Assembly: GCF_018336915.1 (NCBI RefSeq)
Contig: NZ_CP064923.1
Span: forward strand, 1,770,001 to 1,802,000
From: Acaryochloris marina S15
Lineage (GTDB): Bacteria > Cyanobacteriota > Cyanobacteriia > Thermosynechococcales > Thermosynechococcaceae
DNA length: 32,000 nt
Reading direction: 5' to 3'
Shown: positions 1 to 9,532 of the stretch, one piece after another
Numbering within the stretch: the stretch's first letter is position 1
How the letters are laid out: each line of letters starts with the position of its first letter
Translations under genes and position numbers: made by a program
The notes under the pieces: model-generated
Seen by the model: the letters and a program-made list of their open reading frames with translations, nothing else
What the model was told of the DNA's origin: nothing
The model's database searches: none

Positions 1-1283
1 CCAAGTTGCCCAGGCCAAGGAGTTAATCGGATAAGGATTTTGTAGCTTTGTAGTTTTACCTTGGACTGTGGGGGCAATTTGTTTCAGGTATTGCTGCTGT
101 TCATCGGTAAAAGTGATAGATGCAGGCCATTGTGGCTCGTCTCGTCCTTCCACCATTTGCAATGTCGCAATCGCAACCGATAAGGCTAAGACGGTGAGGC
201 GCTGAATTGCTTCACCCGATTCGAGTTGCGTCGATTCAAGATCTAACCCCGTCTTCTTGAGTTGCGCGAAAAGCCGCTCAATTCTCCACCTGAATTTGTA
301 CCATTCCAGAATTTGTAGCGCTTGCTCAAGGGATTCCACCGTGTGAGTGGTCAATAAGCGCCAATGAATCGGGTTCTGACCTTTGGGCGTTGTCTGTTCT
401 ACCGCTTCGATGGCATACAGTTGAATACTCGGTGGATAGTCCAATTCCTTCAAATGTTCAGGTCGTTGAATTTTGACTGGAGCACAGCGGATCAGTAGCT
501 TTGCATCTCTAGCCATCCGCTGAGTACGGGATTCGTACTCAATCGTAATCGTGGTAAATCCAATCCCCCACCGTGATTTGAGATATCCATAGAGTGATTT
601 GGATTGACCTAGCAGACGACGGTCTTGACGAACCCTGACTAGGAGATGATTGAATGCATCGGGAACCGTTGCCCACTCTTCATATAAGTCCGATTCTCGG
701 TCACCGATATGAGTGACCAGGCTAGCCCCTCCTGTCTTCAGACAGTGTTGACTTCGCTCAGCAGATGCTAACCATTTGAAGGATTCTTTCTCCTCAATCG
801 GCAGGTTTTGATATCCTCCTCTATCTTTGACGGTTGGACGATTCGGGTCCCGAGTCCACAGTTGAAGTGCACTCAATCCTAACGGGAAACCAGTCCCTGC
901 ATCTAAGGCGAGGGTCGGGTGAATAAAAAAGCCCACATCGCGATCATTGCCGACAACACCCAACTCTTCTAGCTTTAAGCGTCCTGAATGAGATTGTAAG
1001 TTGACCTCACTTGTATCACTGACGGCTAAAACGTGTCGTCCTTTGACTTGTTGCTGGCAGTGGTCACAGAGGCTTTTGACCAACTCAGATATGGACACGT
1101 TTTCATTCTCTAAGAAGCGATAGAAGCCCACTTGCTCTGCGCGACCTTGGCTGATTTGACGGATGCTTACGCTCTGATGGTGATGAATGGCATCGAATAA
1201 TGAAGCCCCCTTTTGAGCAAACGAAGGTCGCCAAAGGTAGTTCCATTAATCAGTTCTTCGTGCACCAAAATAGGATTTTCCAT
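1..1283 (-). pseudogene. IS4-family DDE transposase (Tn5-like), 3' end off-window, broken by a 1-nt frameshift
   Basis: My own translation; this ORF is not in the track. ATG at 1283 gives MENPILVHEELINGTTFGDLRLLKRG, then a stop at 1167. The body frame is open from 1245 to 1 and reads ...LFDAIHHHQSVSIRQ..YRFLENENVS..AVSDTSEV..HIGDRESD..YKFRWRIERLFAQLK (D, D, E motifs). The two frames meet at a C5 run (1206-1210). Confidence 0.8.
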
Positions 1284-1346
1284 ATCTATGAGGATGCTCT
1301 ATACGACTTCACTACAGTCTAATTCAGACTTGTGTGTACACCGTAG
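1..1346 (-). mobile_element. Partial IS4-family (Tn5/IS50-like) insertion sequence; its far end lies beyond the window start
   Basis: Carries the DDE transposase frame listed next. About 45 nt upstream of its ATG the + strand reads ACTTGTGTGTACACCGTAG (1328-1346), which resembles the Tn5 end ACTTGTGTATAAGAGTCAG. The terminus at ~1346 is tentative. Confidence 0.6.
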
Positions 1347-1465
1347 CCATACTGGGGTTGCCCAAATTTGCCTGGACAAAGCTCTAATGGGGATATTGCC
1401 TATTCTCAACTGATGGGCTGATATTGATCGGATGATTGCGGCCAGAAACAAAATATTGGTGGTGT

Positions 1466-1518
1466 TGTCTTTGAACCTAATTCACATAAGTTCTGTCTAA
1501 GAATTAGGTTCAAAGACA
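1466..1518. repeat. Perfect 18-bp inverted repeat (hairpin with 17-nt loop) ending 9 nt before the DUF1800 start codon
   Basis: TGTCTTTGAACCTAATTC (1466-1483) is the exact reverse complement of GAATTAGGTTCAAAGACA (1501-1518). Confidence 0.9.
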
Positions 1519-1527
1519 TCATTCGAT

Positions 1528-3003
1528 ATGGCGAAATTTTCCGGCAAAATTTTTAACGTTTTCCTTTGCCTCATGCTGGTATTCGGGATTTGGATGAGGA
1601 GTACCACCGGGGAACCCGTGCTGGCTGCCTCTGTGGAGGCTGATAGGGTCCATGTCATCAATCGTCTTAGTTTTGGCTCCAGCCCAGGGGATCTTCAACA
1701 TGTTCAGGCTGTAGGGATTGATGATTATATTCAGGAACAGCTTTCACCTCGTAGAGATTCACTTGAATTGAAGCAATATCCAACCTTGTTGCTCACACCG
1801 ATGCAGCTAGAGCGGCAATATGGTTTTCGGCGACCGGGTAAGGGAAAACCTAAACTTAGCTCTCAAGAACGCAAGCAGCGCCGACGTCGATCCCGTATTC
1901 CCTTTCGTGAGGCGTCTGAAGCCCGGCTGGTGCGGGCGATTTCTAGTCCGAATCAACTGGAAGAAGTGATGGTGAACTTCTGGTTCAATCACTTCAACGT
2001 ATCCGCCAAAAAAGGCAGAACCCGGTTATGGGTCGGTGTCTATGAGCAAGAGGCGATTCGCCCCTATGTTTTCGGCTCTTTTCGAGATTTATTGGGGGCA
2101 ACAGCCCAGCATCCTGCTATGTTGTTTTACCTCGATAATTGGCAGAATACTGCCCCTAATAGTCCTGGAGCCCGTGGTCGGTTTAAGGGATTAAACGAGA
2201 ATTATGCTCGGGAGTTGTTGGAACTCCATACGATGGGGGTTAAGGGCGGGTATTCTCAGACTGATGTGGTGTCAGCGGCAAAAGTTTTAACCGGATGGGG
2301 GTTACCCCGAGGTCGCCAGAGATTACATGCTAAACAGGCGTTTGTCTTTGATGCCAGACGCCATGACAATAGCCGTAAAACATTTCTGGGACAGCCCATT
2401 CAGGGACAAGGTATAGCAGAAGGGGAAGCGTTGCTGGATATACTGGCGACCCATCCGGCAACGGCCCAACATATTAGCTATAAGTTAGCTCAGTATTTTG
2501 TGGCGGATACGCCTCCTCCAGCTTTAGTGGATCGTTTGGCTCAACGATTCCTGGCAACCGATGGCAATATTCGATCCGTTTTAGAAACTTTGTTTGAGAG
2601 TGAAGAGTTTAATGATCCTCAGTACTATGGACAGAAATTTAAAACTCCCTATGAATACCTGATTGCAATGGCTAGAGCAACGGGGCGTCCTACTGTGAAA
2701 CCGCGCTTGGTGGCTGGAGCGCTGCGGCAGTTCAGTATGCCGCTGTATGAATGCCAAACCCCTAACGGTTATGCCAACACTGAATCGGCTTGGCTCAACC
2801 CGGATACCACCATTCGTCGAATCAGTTTAGCAACTGCATTTGCTCGGGGATATGGACGGCAAAAGACGCCTGTGCAACTAGACCCACTGGAGCAGACTTT
2901 AGGAAACCGTTTTTCTGCACAAACGCAATCTGTGATTGACGGCAGTCCTCGCAATCTGCGGGCGGCATTGATGCTAGGAAGCCCTGAAATGATGTATCGC
3001 TAA
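1528..3003 (+). CDS. DUF1800-family protein (function unknown), N-terminal signal/anchor
   Basis: 491-aa ORF with a hydrophobic N-terminus. Contains the motifs FWFNHFNV, LLELHTMGV and YECQTPNGY that I recall from DUF1800. It sits directly upstream of a DUF1501 gene, which is the usual pairing. Confidence 0.8.
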   Translation: MAKFSGKIFNVFLCLMLVFGIWMRSTTGEPVLAASVEADRVHVINRLSFGSSPGDLQHVQAVGIDDYIQEQLSPRRDSLELKQYPTLLLTPMQLERQYGFRRPGKGKPKLSSQERKQRRRRSRIPFREASEARLVRAISSPNQLEEVMVNFWFNHFNVSAKKGRTRLWVGVYEQEAIRPYVFGSFRDLLGATAQHPAMLFYLDNWQNTAPNSPGARGRFKGLNENYARELLELHTMGVKGGYSQTDVVSAAKVLTGWGLPRGRQRLHAKQAFVFDARRHDNSRKTFLGQPIQGQGIAEGEALLDILATHPATAQHISYKLAQYFVADTPPPALVDRLAQRFLATDGNIRSVLETLFESEEFNDPQYYGQKFKTPYEYLIAMARATGRPTVKPRLVAGALRQFSMPLYECQTPNGYANTESAWLNPDTTIRRISLATAFARGYGRQKTPVQLDPLEQTLGNRFSAQTQSVIDGSPRNLRAALMLGSPEMMYR

Positions 3004-3044
3004 ATCGATTTTGAACGGATTGACATCCCTGAGAATAGGAACTA

Positions 3045-4277
3045 ATGATGAGACGTCGACAATTTTTACAGTATGCAACTGCCTCTGGTGTGACCGCAAT
3101 GGGGCTGGGTTGGTTAGGGAAGCAACCGGTTTATTCCCAAAGTTCTTCCGGACGGCAACCCAAGCTGATTGTGATTCTATTGCGGGGAGCCGTCGATGGC
3201 CTTAATGTGGTCGTTCCCTATCGAGAGGCGGGATATTATGATGCGCGTCCTACCTTAGCCATATCGAAACCGGGTGAGGGGAAAGGAGCGGCCCTTAATT
3301 TGGATGGACAGTTTGGCTTGCATCCGGCTTTGGCAGATTTGATGCCCCTGTGGCAGTCGAAGCAGCTGGCCTTTGTACAGGCTTGTGGATCGCCAGATCC
3401 GACGCGTTCCCATTTTGATGCTCAAGACTATATGGAGCTGGGAACACCGGGGAATAAAAAACAGGGAGATGGCTGGTTAAATCGGGTATTAGCCCATTTG
3501 CCTGCAGGCCGACCGACCCAAGCGCTGAACCTGGGCAATCAGACTCCCTTAATTTTGTCGGGGTCAAAATCAGTTGCGAATTTAGCCTTTGGGCGACAGG
3601 CCATTCGGCCTTTGCCTTTGGATCGACCGCCGATTCAATCTGCCTTTGATCGCTTATATGAAGGTGATACCAATCTGGGTCGTGCCTATCAGGAAGGTTT
3701 AGAAGCGAGAGAGATTCTTAAGGCTGAACTGAATACGGAAATGATGAAGGCTTCTAGGGGAGCACCAGGGCCTTCTAGCCTCAAGACGAATGGTCGTCGC
3801 ATTGCTCAACTGTTGAGTGGAAATGCTGAGACCCAAATTGCCTTTGTTTCTCTAGGGGGCTGGGATACTCATGTCAATCAAGGGTCCACCCAGGGGCGTC
3901 TTGCACGGCTGCTGAAGCCCTTGGGGCAGGGATTGAACCAACTGAAAGCGGAACTGGGAAACACCTTTGATGACACCACTATTGTGGTGATGTCTGAATT
4001 TGGCCGCACGGTGGCCGAAAATGGCAATGGTGGTACGGATCATGGCCATGGCAATGTTCTGTGGGTGTTGGGAGGACAGGTTCAAGGGGGCAAGGTCTAT
4101 GGCGAGTGGCCGGGGCTGGCTGAATCTCAGCGCTATCAGGGGCGAGATTTGGCGATTACGACGGATTTTAGAGCTGCGATCGCACCGCTGCTCACGAAAG
4201 GAATGGGCATTGAATCGAAGCACCTCAACCAAGTTTTCCCAGGGTATTCTTCCCAGAAAGCGCTTCCTCTTATCTAG
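3045..4277 (+). CDS. DUF1501-family protein (sulfatase/alkaline-phosphatase-like fold) with a twin-arginine signal
   Basis: 410-aa ORF. The N-terminus MMRRRQFLQYATASGVTAMGL is Tat-like. GGWDTH and GTDHGHG are metal-site-like motifs. Starts 41 nt after the DUF1800 gene. Confidence 0.85.
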   Translation: MMRRRQFLQYATASGVTAMGLGWLGKQPVYSQSSSGRQPKLIVILLRGAVDGLNVVVPYREAGYYDARPTLAISKPGEGKGAALNLDGQFGLHPALADLMPLWQSKQLAFVQACGSPDPTRSHFDAQDYMELGTPGNKKQGDGWLNRVLAHLPAGRPTQALNLGNQTPLILSGSKSVANLAFGRQAIRPLPLDRPPIQSAFDRLYEGDTNLGRAYQEGLEAREILKAELNTEMMKASRGAPGPSSLKTNGRRIAQLLSGNAETQIAFVSLGGWDTHVNQGSTQGRLARLLKPLGQGLNQLKAELGNTFDDTTIVVMSEFGRTVAENGNGGTDHGHGNVLWVLGGQVQGGKVYGEWPGLAESQRYQGRDLAITTDFRAAIAPLLTKGMGIESKHLNQVFPGYSSQKALPLI

Positions 4278-4349
4278 CTGAGGGGGTGGCCTATCTGACT
4301 AAATCAGAATGTTAAGCTGCTTTGGTGAGATGTTTGAAGGGAAATGTAA

Positions 4350-4640
4350 ATGAATACGGAGCAACAGACGCAAATTCAGGTCGAAAGTCAGCCTAGTGTG
4401 GAACGCCTGCAAGAGTTGCGGGTGCTGAATTGGCCGATTTGGTCCAAAGAAGCATCAGAATTTCCGTGGACCTATGATGAGTCGGAAACTTGCTATTTCT
4501 TACAAGGCGACGTTGTGGTGACCCCTGATGACGGTGAACCCGTGACGATGGCCAAAGGGGATTTGGTGACTTTCCCAGCTGGAATGTCTTGTACCTGGAA
4601 GATTCAAAGTGCCGTGCGCAAACATTATCGGTTTGGCTAG
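4350..4640 (+). CDS. Small single-domain cupin (cupin_3/DUF861-like)
   Basis: 96-aa ORF. The pattern W..W....F.W.Y...E.CY.L.G.V.V......GD.V.FP.G..C.W.....V.K.Y is typical of DUF861 cupins. Confidence 0.7.
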   Translation: MNTEQQTQIQVESQPSVERLQELRVLNWPIWSKEASEFPWTYDESETCYFLQGDVVVTPDDGEPVTMAKGDLVTFPAGMSCTWKIQSAVRKHYRFG

Positions 4641-4667
4641 TTCCTCTAGCTGTGTACCTGCGGTTAA

Positions 4668-5531
4668 TCACCTATTGGGCTCAGCCTTCTGCACGGCTGT
4701 GTAGAGGGCTGAATAATCCGCATCTGCAAATTGAGCCATTGCTCTTTGAATAATGGTTTGAATGGCGGTGGTATTTTCGGTAGGCAGTCCTTCGGCTTGG
4801 GCTGCTTGCTGAAATAAGGTCATGTCTTTAAGCAGGTGTTTGGTGGGGAAATTGGGATTCTCAAAGTTTTGGTCCAGCATCCGAGTCAGTTTCTTATCAA
4901 AGGTCGGTGCATAGAGAGCGCTGCTTCTGAGGATTTGCATAAAGGTCTCAACTTCTACACCATAGGTTTGGCAGAAGGATAGGCTAGTGGCGAAGGCCGT
5001 GGTCAGTCCGCCAATCAGTTGATTGAGGGCTAATTTGAGAGCGGCAGCTGTACCCACAGGACCCACTAATAAAGGCTTTGGACCAAAGGCTGTGAGCAGG
5101 GGAAGTTGGTTGTCAAAGTCTTGGGGGGCAGCTCCGGCCATCACCAGCAATGTTCCGGCTTTGGCTTCGGGGATGCTGCCTAATACCGGGGCTTCTAAGT
5201 AGATGCCACCGGCTGTCTGGACCTGTTCATGAATGGATTTGCTTTCAGCGGGGGCAATGGTGCCCATTTGAATAATGGCTCGTCCTGATAGAGCGGATGC
5301 CGTGGGTGTTAACAGTTCCTGAATGGCGGCAGCATTGGTGAGCATCAGGATGATGACATCGGCCGATTGAATGACTTGGTTGGGGGAGGTTGCGATCGCA
5401 ACACCGAAACCACGCAAAGGTTCCAATTTAGAAGCCGTGCGATTGTAGGCTATGACGGAATGCCCCACTTCCACTAACCGGGTTGCCATGGGAGCCCCCA
5501 TCAATCCTGTACCGATAAATCCGACCTGCAT
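4668..5531 (-). CDS. NAD(P)-dependent oxidoreductase, 3-hydroxyisobutyrate / 6-phosphogluconate dehydrogenase-like
   Basis: 287-aa ORF with an N-terminal Rossmann motif (VGFIGTGLMGAPMA) and beta-hydroxyacid dehydrogenase architecture. Confidence 0.85.
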   Translation of the reverse strand: MQVGFIGTGLMGAPMATRLVEVGHSVIAYNRTASKLEPLRGFGVAIATSPNQVIQSADVIILMLTNAAAIQELLTPTASALSGRAIIQMGTIAPAESKSIHEQVQTAGGIYLEAPVLGSIPEAKAGTLLVMAGAAPQDFDNQLPLLTAFGPKPLLVGPVGTAAALKLALNQLIGGLTTAFATSLSFCQTYGVEVETFMQILRSSALYAPTFDKKLTRMLDQNFENPNFPTKHLLKDMTLFQQAAQAEGLPTENTTAIQTIIQRAMAQFADADYSALYTAVQKAEPNR

Positions 5532-5554
5532 TGCTCTGCCTCTATATAGGGATT

Positions 5555-7042
5555 TCAGTATGTTTTTTCTTGGGGTGTGTAGTGATTGTCATTGAGCACA
5601 GGTTGTTGTGCTGGTGTTGGGGAGAAGGCTGACCCGGCGATGATGATCAGAGCGGATAGCGCCACAATGGGCACGACGGGCAAAAATCCCAGCATCCAGC
5701 TACTGGGAATTACTTTGGTCTGAACCCCTAATACCGCCAACTCACCTATGACAATGGAGACGAGACAACTTGAAGCGCTGATGTCGCGGCCATACAAAGC
5801 CGCAATCACTGTGGGGAACAGCACTGATAATCCGGTAAAGGCTTGGGTGGCAAAGGCCAAAATCGTCTCTGGAGGGTTGGCCGCAATCCCTAAGCCGATA
5901 CCCGCGAGAACAATCACCCAAATGCGCCCTACTAAAGTCTGTTCGGCCAAAGAGGCGTCTTTGCGGAAATAGGCGGTATATACATCACGGGTCAGCATGG
6001 AACTTAAGGCCAGAAGCTGCGAGTCCATTGTCGACATAAAGGCTGCCAATGCCCCCACCATCACTAGGGACGATAGCCCAGTGGAGGTATATTTTGCTAG
6101 CATCATTGGGAAAATCTGATCCGCCGCTTTGCCTACTAAATCAGGAAAGGCAATGTGACCCCAGACTCCAATCAGCACTGGGCAAATAAATAACACTCCA
6201 GCCACAATCGGATAGAGTAAGACCGAAACTTTCAAGGGCTGAGCACTCTTGGCACTATAAAACCGCATAAACATTTGCGGAAACATGGGCAGGGTAAAGG
6301 ACCACAGGCATATGTAGCTAAACCAGGTCTTGGGTGTAAAAGACTGATCTAAGCCGCTACGCGAGAATAAGGCTGGCTCCAGATCATAGACGGTTTGGTT
6401 GGCAACGGAGAAGCCCCCTAACCCTTGGGCAATGGCAAAAACTGCCACCAACATCAGTACACACATTAGTACCCCTTGCAGCATATCCGTGAGGGCCACA
6501 CTTCGCATCCCGCCTAGAAATACATAGAAAACAATGGCAACGGTGAGTAAGGTGGCTCCCCAGAAATAGGGAATGGCTCCGCCCGTTAGGTTTTCTAGGA
6601 GATATCCGGCTCCAATGGGCTGGAGGGTGAGATAGGGCAATGTGAAAATCACCATCACAGCCATAAACAGGAGCTTGAGGGGCTGGCTAGGCAGGCGATC
6701 TTGAATCAGTTCAGAGGGAGTAATAAAGCCTTTCTGTTTGCCTAGCAACCAGGCTTTGTAGCCAATGTAGTAGAAGCTGAGGGCTGCAAACCCAGTGCCA
6801 AAGGCCATCATTGGATAGTAGCTAATACCAATGCGATAGCCGGCTCCGGCAAATCCCAGGAAAAAGAAGGCACTGAAGTTGGTGGAGGCCAGGGTAAAAA
6901 AGAGGAGGAGGGGGCCGATATTGCGGTTGGCTAAGAAGAAGTCTTCGACAGTGTTGCTTTGTTGGCGATACCCGATTAGACCGATACCTAGGGTGATGAG
7001 TAAGTAAGTTGCAATGGCAATATAGGGAATAAGTGTCTCCAT
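5555..7042 (-). CDS. Sodium:solute symporter (SSF) family transporter
   Basis: 495-aa polytopic membrane ORF (about 13 hydrophobic segments) with SSF-like sequence. Preceded by a small coupled membrane ORF, as in yhdT-panF-type pairs. Confidence 0.9.
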   Translation of the reverse strand: METLIPYIAIATYLLITLGIGLIGYRQQSNTVEDFFLANRNIGPLLLFFTLASTNFSAFFFLGFAGAGYRIGISYYPMMAFGTGFAALSFYYIGYKAWLLGKQKGFITPSELIQDRLPSQPLKLLFMAVMVIFTLPYLTLQPIGAGYLLENLTGGAIPYFWGATLLTVAIVFYVFLGGMRSVALTDMLQGVLMCVLMLVAVFAIAQGLGGFSVANQTVYDLEPALFSRSGLDQSFTPKTWFSYICLWSFTLPMFPQMFMRFYSAKSAQPLKVSVLLYPIVAGVLFICPVLIGVWGHIAFPDLVGKAADQIFPMMLAKYTSTGLSSLVMVGALAAFMSTMDSQLLALSSMLTRDVYTAYFRKDASLAEQTLVGRIWVIVLAGIGLGIAANPPETILAFATQAFTGLSVLFPTVIAALYGRDISASSCLVSIVIGELAVLGVQTKVIPSSWMLGFLPVVPIVALSALIIIAGSAFSPTPAQQPVLNDNHYTPQEKTY

Positions 7043-7045
7043 CGC

Positions 7046-7273
7046 CTACTGGTCCCTCTCAGTCTTTTGCCAAAGGGTAGAAGAGACCCCTGCGACGGCC
7101 AGGACTAGCCCCCCTTGCAAGATCACAAAGTAAAAAAGCCAGCTCGGTAACTGGAACCAAGAAAGGGATATCCCTTGGTCCCATCGCCAAAAATCGAGAG
7201 ATAGCAAAAACAGAATCGTAAACGAGAAAAACCAAAAATAGGGACGGTGCAGGGCGCTCATCAATCCATCCAA
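7046..7273 (-). CDS. Small two-TM protein coupled to the symporter (DUF3311-like)
   Basis: 75-aa hydrophobic ORF whose stop lies 3 nt before the symporter start. The family name is from memory. Confidence 0.6.
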   Translation of the reverse strand: MDGLMSALHRPYFWFFSFTILFLLSLDFWRWDQGISLSWFQLPSWLFYFVILQGGLVLAVAGVSSTLWQKTERDQ

Positions 7274-7371
7274 TTCATACCCAATCAGATTAACCTGTAG
7301 CGGGATTATCTTTTGGGTTGGGTAAACCCTTATTTTGGCTAAACGAAATGCTCAACAGGGGAGATAGCAAA

Positions 7372-7393
7372 TGTTGAGGGTGGCAATCGCACT
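7372..7393 (+). repeat. Copy A of a 22-nt direct repeat (TGTTGAGGGTGGCAATCGCACT)
   Basis: Matches 10188-10209 at 20 of 22 positions. The two copies bracket the AT-rich islet. Confidence 0.8.
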
Positions 7394-7472
7394 GATATCT
7401 TAGGAGACTGCGATAGTGATTAAGCTTAAATCCACGAAATCACCTGACAGGTCTGCTATTTGAACTTCTAAC

Positions 7473-8384
7473 TCAGCTATCTACAGAATCATCCATACCC
7501 AAAAACTGGTTGATAGCTTGGACAATTTCACTATCATCTTTTACTGAACGGAAAGAGATGATTTCATCTGATTTGAACACGATTTCTGTATGGTAATAAT
7601 CCTTGCCCTCATCACCAGTTGATTCCTTGAAGTTGATCTTATGGATGTTATCCAGACTTTCTTCTCGAACAGTAAGTTGAGACAGACTATTCTGGTATTC
7701 CAGATATAATCGGCCAGAGCTTTTGTCAAAGGCACAGGATGTTAACGATTTACAAAAAATAATAAAGATCCCAAAAATAGTAGTCGCTAAGCCTACGAGA
7801 AAATAACCCCAGCGATGGTCTTCATAGATATTGAGAGTAGCTTCTCCAGGATTATTGATAAATTCTTTGATTTCAGCAATCTGTTGAGAAACTACCGACT
7901 TTCTATAACAACTTTTAGTGAGAGGTATTTTTTTTGGAAGAGGTATTTTTTTGCGCTTAGCGATAAGAACAACTCGAACATCATCTTCTGGGCAATAGCC
8001 CTCTCTAGCCTTCTGAAGATGTTCAATTTTCGTGATTTTCTCATCCAGCATGTTTGATTCGGTAAGGTTGCAAACAACTTGAGTTTGCTGATGAATAGAT
8101 GCATCAACGGTTACATGATTACAACTTAAATTCACTTCGGTAGGGTTACAAACAACTTGAGTTTGGTGATAAATAGATGCATCAACGGTTACATGATTAC
8201 AACTTAAATTCACCCTTGGAGAGAAGATAATCCCGTAAATGATGATTAACACACCCACAATAGGAATAGCTCTTATTTGAAACATGTCCCAAAAACGGTC
8301 ATGCCAGTTTTGTAAATCGACTTTTAAAACTTGATTAGTGTGTTTCGTAATCAGCATGCATTTTGATACTCTGTCTCCATCCAT
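7473..8384 (-). CDS. Hypothetical two-TM protein with internal tandem repeats (paralog A)
   Basis: 303-aa ORF in AT-rich DNA with two hydrophobic helices. Its C-terminal ~135 aa are about 75% identical to the ORF at 8677-9092. The start could instead be the Met at 8357. Confidence 0.6.
   Translation of the reverse strand: MDGDRVSKCMLITKHTNQVLKVDLQNWHDRFWDMFQIRAIPIVGVLIIIYGIIFSPRVNLSCNHVTVDASIYHQTQVVCNPTEVNLSCNHVTVDASIHQQTQVVCNLTESNMLDEKITKIEHLQKAREGYCPEDDVRVVLIAKRKKIPLPKKIPLTKSCYRKSVVSQQIAEIKEFINNPGEATLNIYEDHRWGYFLVGLATTIFGIFIIFCKSLTSCAFDKSSGRLYLEYQNSLSQLTVREESLDNIHKINFKESTGDEGKDYYHTEIVFKSDEIISFRSVKDDSEIVQAINQFLGMDDSVDS
8061..8216. repeat. Tandem duplication, 2 x 78 bp, inside paralog A
   Basis: Units 8061-8138 and 8139-8216 differ at about 7 positions. 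They encode VNLSCNHVTVDASI(Y/H)(H/Q)QTQVVCN(P/L)TE twice. Confidence 0.9.
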
Positions 8385-8676
8385 TCTGGTTCATAGAAGA
8401 CATGACTGCCACTGTGTAATGCATACTTTATGACGATACGGATATTGTAGAAAGTACATTAATTTATCTGGCGATTAACTTATGAAGAGATTGCAAATCA
8501 GGCTAGATACCCCTTAGTTCGACATAAAAGTATGATCAAAAGGAAGTTTTTAATGTTTTGTAGATATCAGAATTACGAACAGGGGACGTACTATTACCAA
8601 TTTATAAGCATTCTAAAATAGCGATCACTCTTAAATCAAAAAAAACACCAGGTAGGTCTAAGCATTAAGTTTTAAA

Positions 8677-9092
8677 TCAGCTATCTACGGAATCACTTAT
8701 TCCCAAAAACTGGTTGATAGTTTGGGCAATTTCACTGTCATCTTTGACTGATCTACAAGAAATAAGTTCACCTGAACTGAGCACAATGTTTGTATGGTAA
8801 ACCTCCCTGCCCTCATCATCAGTTGATTCTGTGAAATTGATCTTGTTGATGTCATCCAGACTTTCTTCTCGAACAGCAATTTGAAGCAGACTATTCTGAT
8901 ATTCCAGATATAATCGACCGGAGTTTTTGTCAAAGGCACAAGATTTTAGCGTTTTATAAAAAACAATATAGATACCTAAAATAGTAGTCGAAAATCCTAC
9001 TAGGTAATATAGCCAGCGATGTTCCTCATAAATATTGAGAGTTGCTTCTCCAGGATTATTGATAAATTCTTTAATTTCAGAAATCTGTTGAG
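8677..9092 (-). pseudogene. 5'-truncated paralog B of the two-TM protein, cut by the IS1-family element
   Basis: Homology to paralog A runs from about 50 bp past the stop up to ...CTGTTGAG at 9092, where the IS inverted repeat begins. The first ~20 codons of the track ORF (to 9162) are IS-derived. Confidence 0.65.
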
Positions 9093-9151
9093 GGCACTGT
9101 TCATTAAAGAAGTGACTGCTAGGATATTTGTGCAGTATTAGTTTCAGAGCA

Positions 9152-9532
9152 ATGCAATGCATCTATTGTCAAAGCGAGAACGTGGTCAAGAACGGAACCA
9201 AGACTCTGAAAACAGCTCAAGTGGTTCAGTACTTTTTGTGCAAAGATTGTGGTCGTCGCTTCAACGAGCGTAGTGGGACACCGATGGCGAGATTGAGAAC
9301 GCCAGTGGAGACGATATCAATGGCTATCAATGCTCGCATCGAAGGACTGGGTATAAGAGCTGCAGGCAGAGTGTTCGGGAAATCTCCCAACAGTATCATC
9401 CTCTGGGAACAGCGTTTATCGACTCAATTATCCAATTTCTCACCGCCTTCCCCGACAGAAGCAGAGGTCACGATTGAAGGGGATGAAGTGTACACTCGCG
9501 TGGGCGAGAACCATCCCCCCCTGGCTCAGTGA
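9152..9532 (+). CDS. IS1-family transposase, InsA-like N-terminal frame (zinc finger plus HTH)
   Basis: MQCIYCQSENVVKNG...FLCKDCGRRF is a C..C/C..C finger, followed by an HTH-like segment. The frame ends in a C7 run (9515-9521). Confidence 0.8.
   Translation: MQCIYCQSENVVKNGTKTLKTAQVVQYFLCKDCGRRFNERSGTPMARLRTPVETISMAINARIEGLGIRAAGRVFGKSPNSIILWEQRLSTQLSNFSPPSPTEAEVTIEGDEVYTRVGENHPPLAQ

Noticed and set aside
1213-1413. 66-aa + strand ORF
   Set aside because: It lies antisense across the IS transposase start and leader, and shows no coding signal.
3295-4281. Antisense and alternative-frame ORFs within the DUF1501 gene (3295-3567, 3852-4232, 4000-4281)
   Set aside because: They are shadow frames of a long ORF that carries clear motifs.
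8061-8216. The 78-bp tandem repeat as a CRISPR array or a DGR template/variable pair
   Set aside because: There are only two units, directly abutting with no spacers, and they are in frame within a CDS. The differences are not adenine-specific and no reverse transcriptase or cas gene is nearby.
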